Of a stretch of DNA of 36,002 nt, positions 34,411-36,002 are shown piece after piece. Origin of the DNA: an uncultured Candidatus Saccharibacteria bacterium (lineage in GTDB: Bacteria > Patescibacteriota > WWE3 > 2-01-FULL-39-13); contig CAZDNW010000012.1 of assembly GCA_964506905.1 (NCBI GenBank), positions 1 through 36,002 on the forward strand, in the 5' to 3' direction. The notes beneath the pieces are model-generated. The model was not told the origin of the DNA. It was given only the letters and a program-made list of their open reading frames with translations, and did not search any database. Numbering within the stretch: the stretch's first letter is position 1; each line of letters opens with the position of its first letter. Both the position numbers and the translations under genes were made by a program.

Positions 34411-35706
34411 TTATTTAGTTATTAATTTACGCATATAAGATGTCATAGAATTGTTTGTGTTTCCATAGGCTAGTGCACCTGCTTTATTAAGTTTATATAT
34501 AGTTCCAATATATTCGTTAACTTCTTTTAAGGATAAGCTCTTCATTATATCAATATAATCCTGCAGACTTAAAATATCTTTATTGTAAAACTTATGCGTT
34601 TTTATTAAATTAGCAATGGCATATACATTATCATATCTTACCAAGTTATTATTAATAATATAATCCTTAAAATGATTAAGTTCGTCTTTTGTTATGCCCT
34701 TTTCATTAAATCGTTTAATCTCTTCAACCGTTATTGCAAACACCTTTTTAAATTGTTCAGGTTTACAGTTTGCACTTATTGAAATTACACCTGTTTTATA
34801 TGTTGAATCATGGTGTACTGTAATTCCATACAATAGCCCTTCTTTTTCTCGTAGTCTATTCATTAAACGGCTTGTAAATGGACCCCCAAGTATATTTAAG
34901 GATAAACTTAACAATCTAGATTCTTTATGTGTTAAATCTTTTATACCCTTATATGGAATCGTGATTGTATTAAATACAAGATCAGTTTTTTCTTTATCGT
35001 TTTTTGATTTAAAAACATTATTTTTAATTAATTGTTTTGGATATTCTGTATGTGTCTTTTTATTTTCTATATTTCCGAATTTTTCTTTTATGAATTTTAG
35101 GGTTTTAGTTTTATTAAAGTTTCCAACAACTACTAAAAGGAGTCTATCAGGCGAATGATAGATATCTCTTAATATCTTTAACTCATTAGTTGAAAAGCGC
35201 TTTATATTTTTTTCGTTTCCGAGTATTGGAAATAAGTAAGGTGTCTTATTTTTTGCAAGTGATTTTACTATAAATCTATGGTTTCTAAACCAAATTTTAT
35301 CAAATCTTTTGTGAAGTTCATCTAAAACTATCGTTTTTTCTATTTCTATATATTCTGGATTGAATGTACTTTTATATAAAACTTCAAAAATAAAATCTAT
35401 TCCAAATTCCACTTTATTATATGGTACTGTTATATAATATTCCAATATCTCATATCCAGTTGAAGCATTATACATTCCACCTAATTGTTCCAAAAGGGCA
35501 TTTAACTCAATTTTATTCGGCCATTTTTCCGTTGCCTGCATTGCAGTGTGTTCTAAAAAATGAGTAACACCTGACGTTTTTGATGTTTCAAAAGCTGCCC
35601 CCGATTTTAACATTGCGGATATTGTTGCAGAATACGGTTCTTTACTTGGGATTAGTAATACTTCAGCACCATTTTTTAATTTATGCAATTCATAATTAAA
35701 TTTCAT
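34411..35706 (-). CDS. M16 (pitrilysin/insulinase) family zinc peptidase
   Basis: GVTHFLEHTAMQ carries the inverted HxxEH zinc motif, and the downstream Glu region is conserved. 431 aa with the two-lobe length typical of M16B. Confidence 0.85.
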   Translation of the reverse strand: MKFNYELHKLKNGAEVLLIPSKEPYSATISAMLKSGAAFETSKTSGVTHFLEHTAMQATEKWPNKIELNALLEQLGGMYNASTGYEILEYYITVPYNKVEFGIDFIFEVLYKSTFNPEYIEIEKTIVLDELHKRFDKIWFRNHRFIVKSLAKNKTPYLFPILGNEKNIKRFSTNELKILRDIYHSPDRLLLVVVGNFNKTKTLKFIKEKFGNIENKKTHTEYPKQLIKNNVFKSKNDKEKTDLVFNTITIPYKGIKDLTHKESRLLSLSLNILGGPFTSRLMNRLREKEGLLYGITVHHDSTYKTGVISISANCKPEQFKKVFAITVEEIKRFNEKGITKDELNHFKDYIINNNLVRYDNVYAIANLIKTHKFYNKDILSLQDYIDIMKSLSLKEVNEYIGTIYKLNKAGALAYGNTNNSMTSYMRKLITK

Positions 35707-35753
35707 AAAATGAGTTTAGCATAATTAGACGATTAGTCATTATTAATTAAGAT

Positions 35754-36002
35754 TTATAGGTATCCTTGTTTTTGAATTTCAAAAGCTTCTTTGTATTTTC
35801 CGTTTATTTTAATTAATTCTTCATGGGTTCCGTCTTCAATTATCTTACCGTTATCTATAACAATTATTCTTTGGGCATTTCTTACTGTAGAAAATCTGTG
35901 AGAAATGATAATTACAGTTTTTTCTTCGGCAAATTCAAATAATTTATTAAATATGTGGAATTCTGCTTTTGGATCTATAGCACTAGTTGGTTCATCTAAA
36001 AT
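35754..36002 (-). CDS. ABC transporter ATP-binding domain, C-terminal end (5' part outside window)
   Basis: Reverse complement reads ILDEPTSAIDPKAEFHIFNKLFEFAEEKTVIIISHRFSTVRNAQRIIVIDNGKIIEDGTHEELIK...QGYL*, containing Walker B, D-loop and H-loop. The stop codon is the complement of 35754-35756. This ORF is absent from the supplied ORF track because it is partial. Confidence 0.85.
   Translation of the reverse strand: MLDEPTSAIDPKAEFHIFNKLFEFAEEKTVIIISHRFSTVRNAQRIIVIDNGKIIEDGTHEELIKINGKYKEAFEIQKQGYL

Noticed and set aside
2497-35158. Other antisense track ORFs inside recognised genes. Minus strand: 2497-2763, 4039-4281, 14744-14926, 17286-17483, 18099-18365, 20463-20651, 21111-21497, 23312-23752, 25466-25717, 27498-27704, 28723-28905, 28951-29184, 29856-30101. 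Plus strand: 18567-18755, 18571-18816, 33514-33696, 34694-35158.
   Set aside because: Each overlaps, on the opposite strand, a gene with strong family motifs (DUF2207, phosphatase, sortase, VanW, tgt, greA, lysS, serS, uppP, secA, pyrD, M16). None has independent support.
1-36002. Prophage, IS element, integron or defence-island content (restriction-modification, toxin-antitoxin, retron, CBASS-like genes).
   Set aside because: No integrase, transposase, recombinase, reverse transcriptase, nuclease/methylase pair or small toxin-antitoxin pair could be recognised in any frame. The only foreign-looking segment is the 19060-19462 cassette reported above.

Overview
AT-rich (about 30% G+C by eye), tightly packed bacterial chromosome segment, mostly on the + strand. 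The genetic code is standard: TGA ends three well-supported genes. No rRNA, CRISPR array, transposase, integrase or phage genes were seen. The content falls into three parts. (1) A cell-envelope block (1-18916): histidine-kinase 3' end, a ZraP/CpxP-like secreted protein, a DUF2207 membrane protein, a membrane-anchored alkaline-phosphatase-family enzyme, a giant ~2,970-codon surface protein with an LPATG signal, its sortase, a DsbA-like oxidoreductase, a DUF45 HEXXH hydrolase, a VanW protein and a small membrane-anchored protein. (2) A short compositionally odd stretch (19060-19870): a ~52% G+C mini-cassette encoding a 74-aa protein, then a sigma-region-2-only ORF. (3) Housekeeping genes: metallophosphoesterase, tgt, tRNA-Glu(CUC), two tandem greA paralogs, lysS fused to an HD domain, a T-box leader plus serS, PAP2 plus uppP, secA, pcm, and a minus-strand operon of ABC exporter, M16 peptidase and a pyrD-like gene. 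The reduced housekeeping set, the Gram-positive-type sortase/LPXTG envelope and the giant adhesin suggest a small-genome, possibly episymbiotic lineage (Patescibacteria/CPR-like); this is inference only. The observations most worth follow-up are: a complete sorting signal inside the giant ORF followed in frame by a second signal peptide and ectodomain; an apparently circularly permuted DsbA; the G+C-rich mini-cassette with matching 5'/3' inverted repeats; a 106-bp tandem repeat that re-duplicates the secA 3' end; the LysRS-HD fusion; and a T-box with a canonical antiterminator but no visible expression platform.
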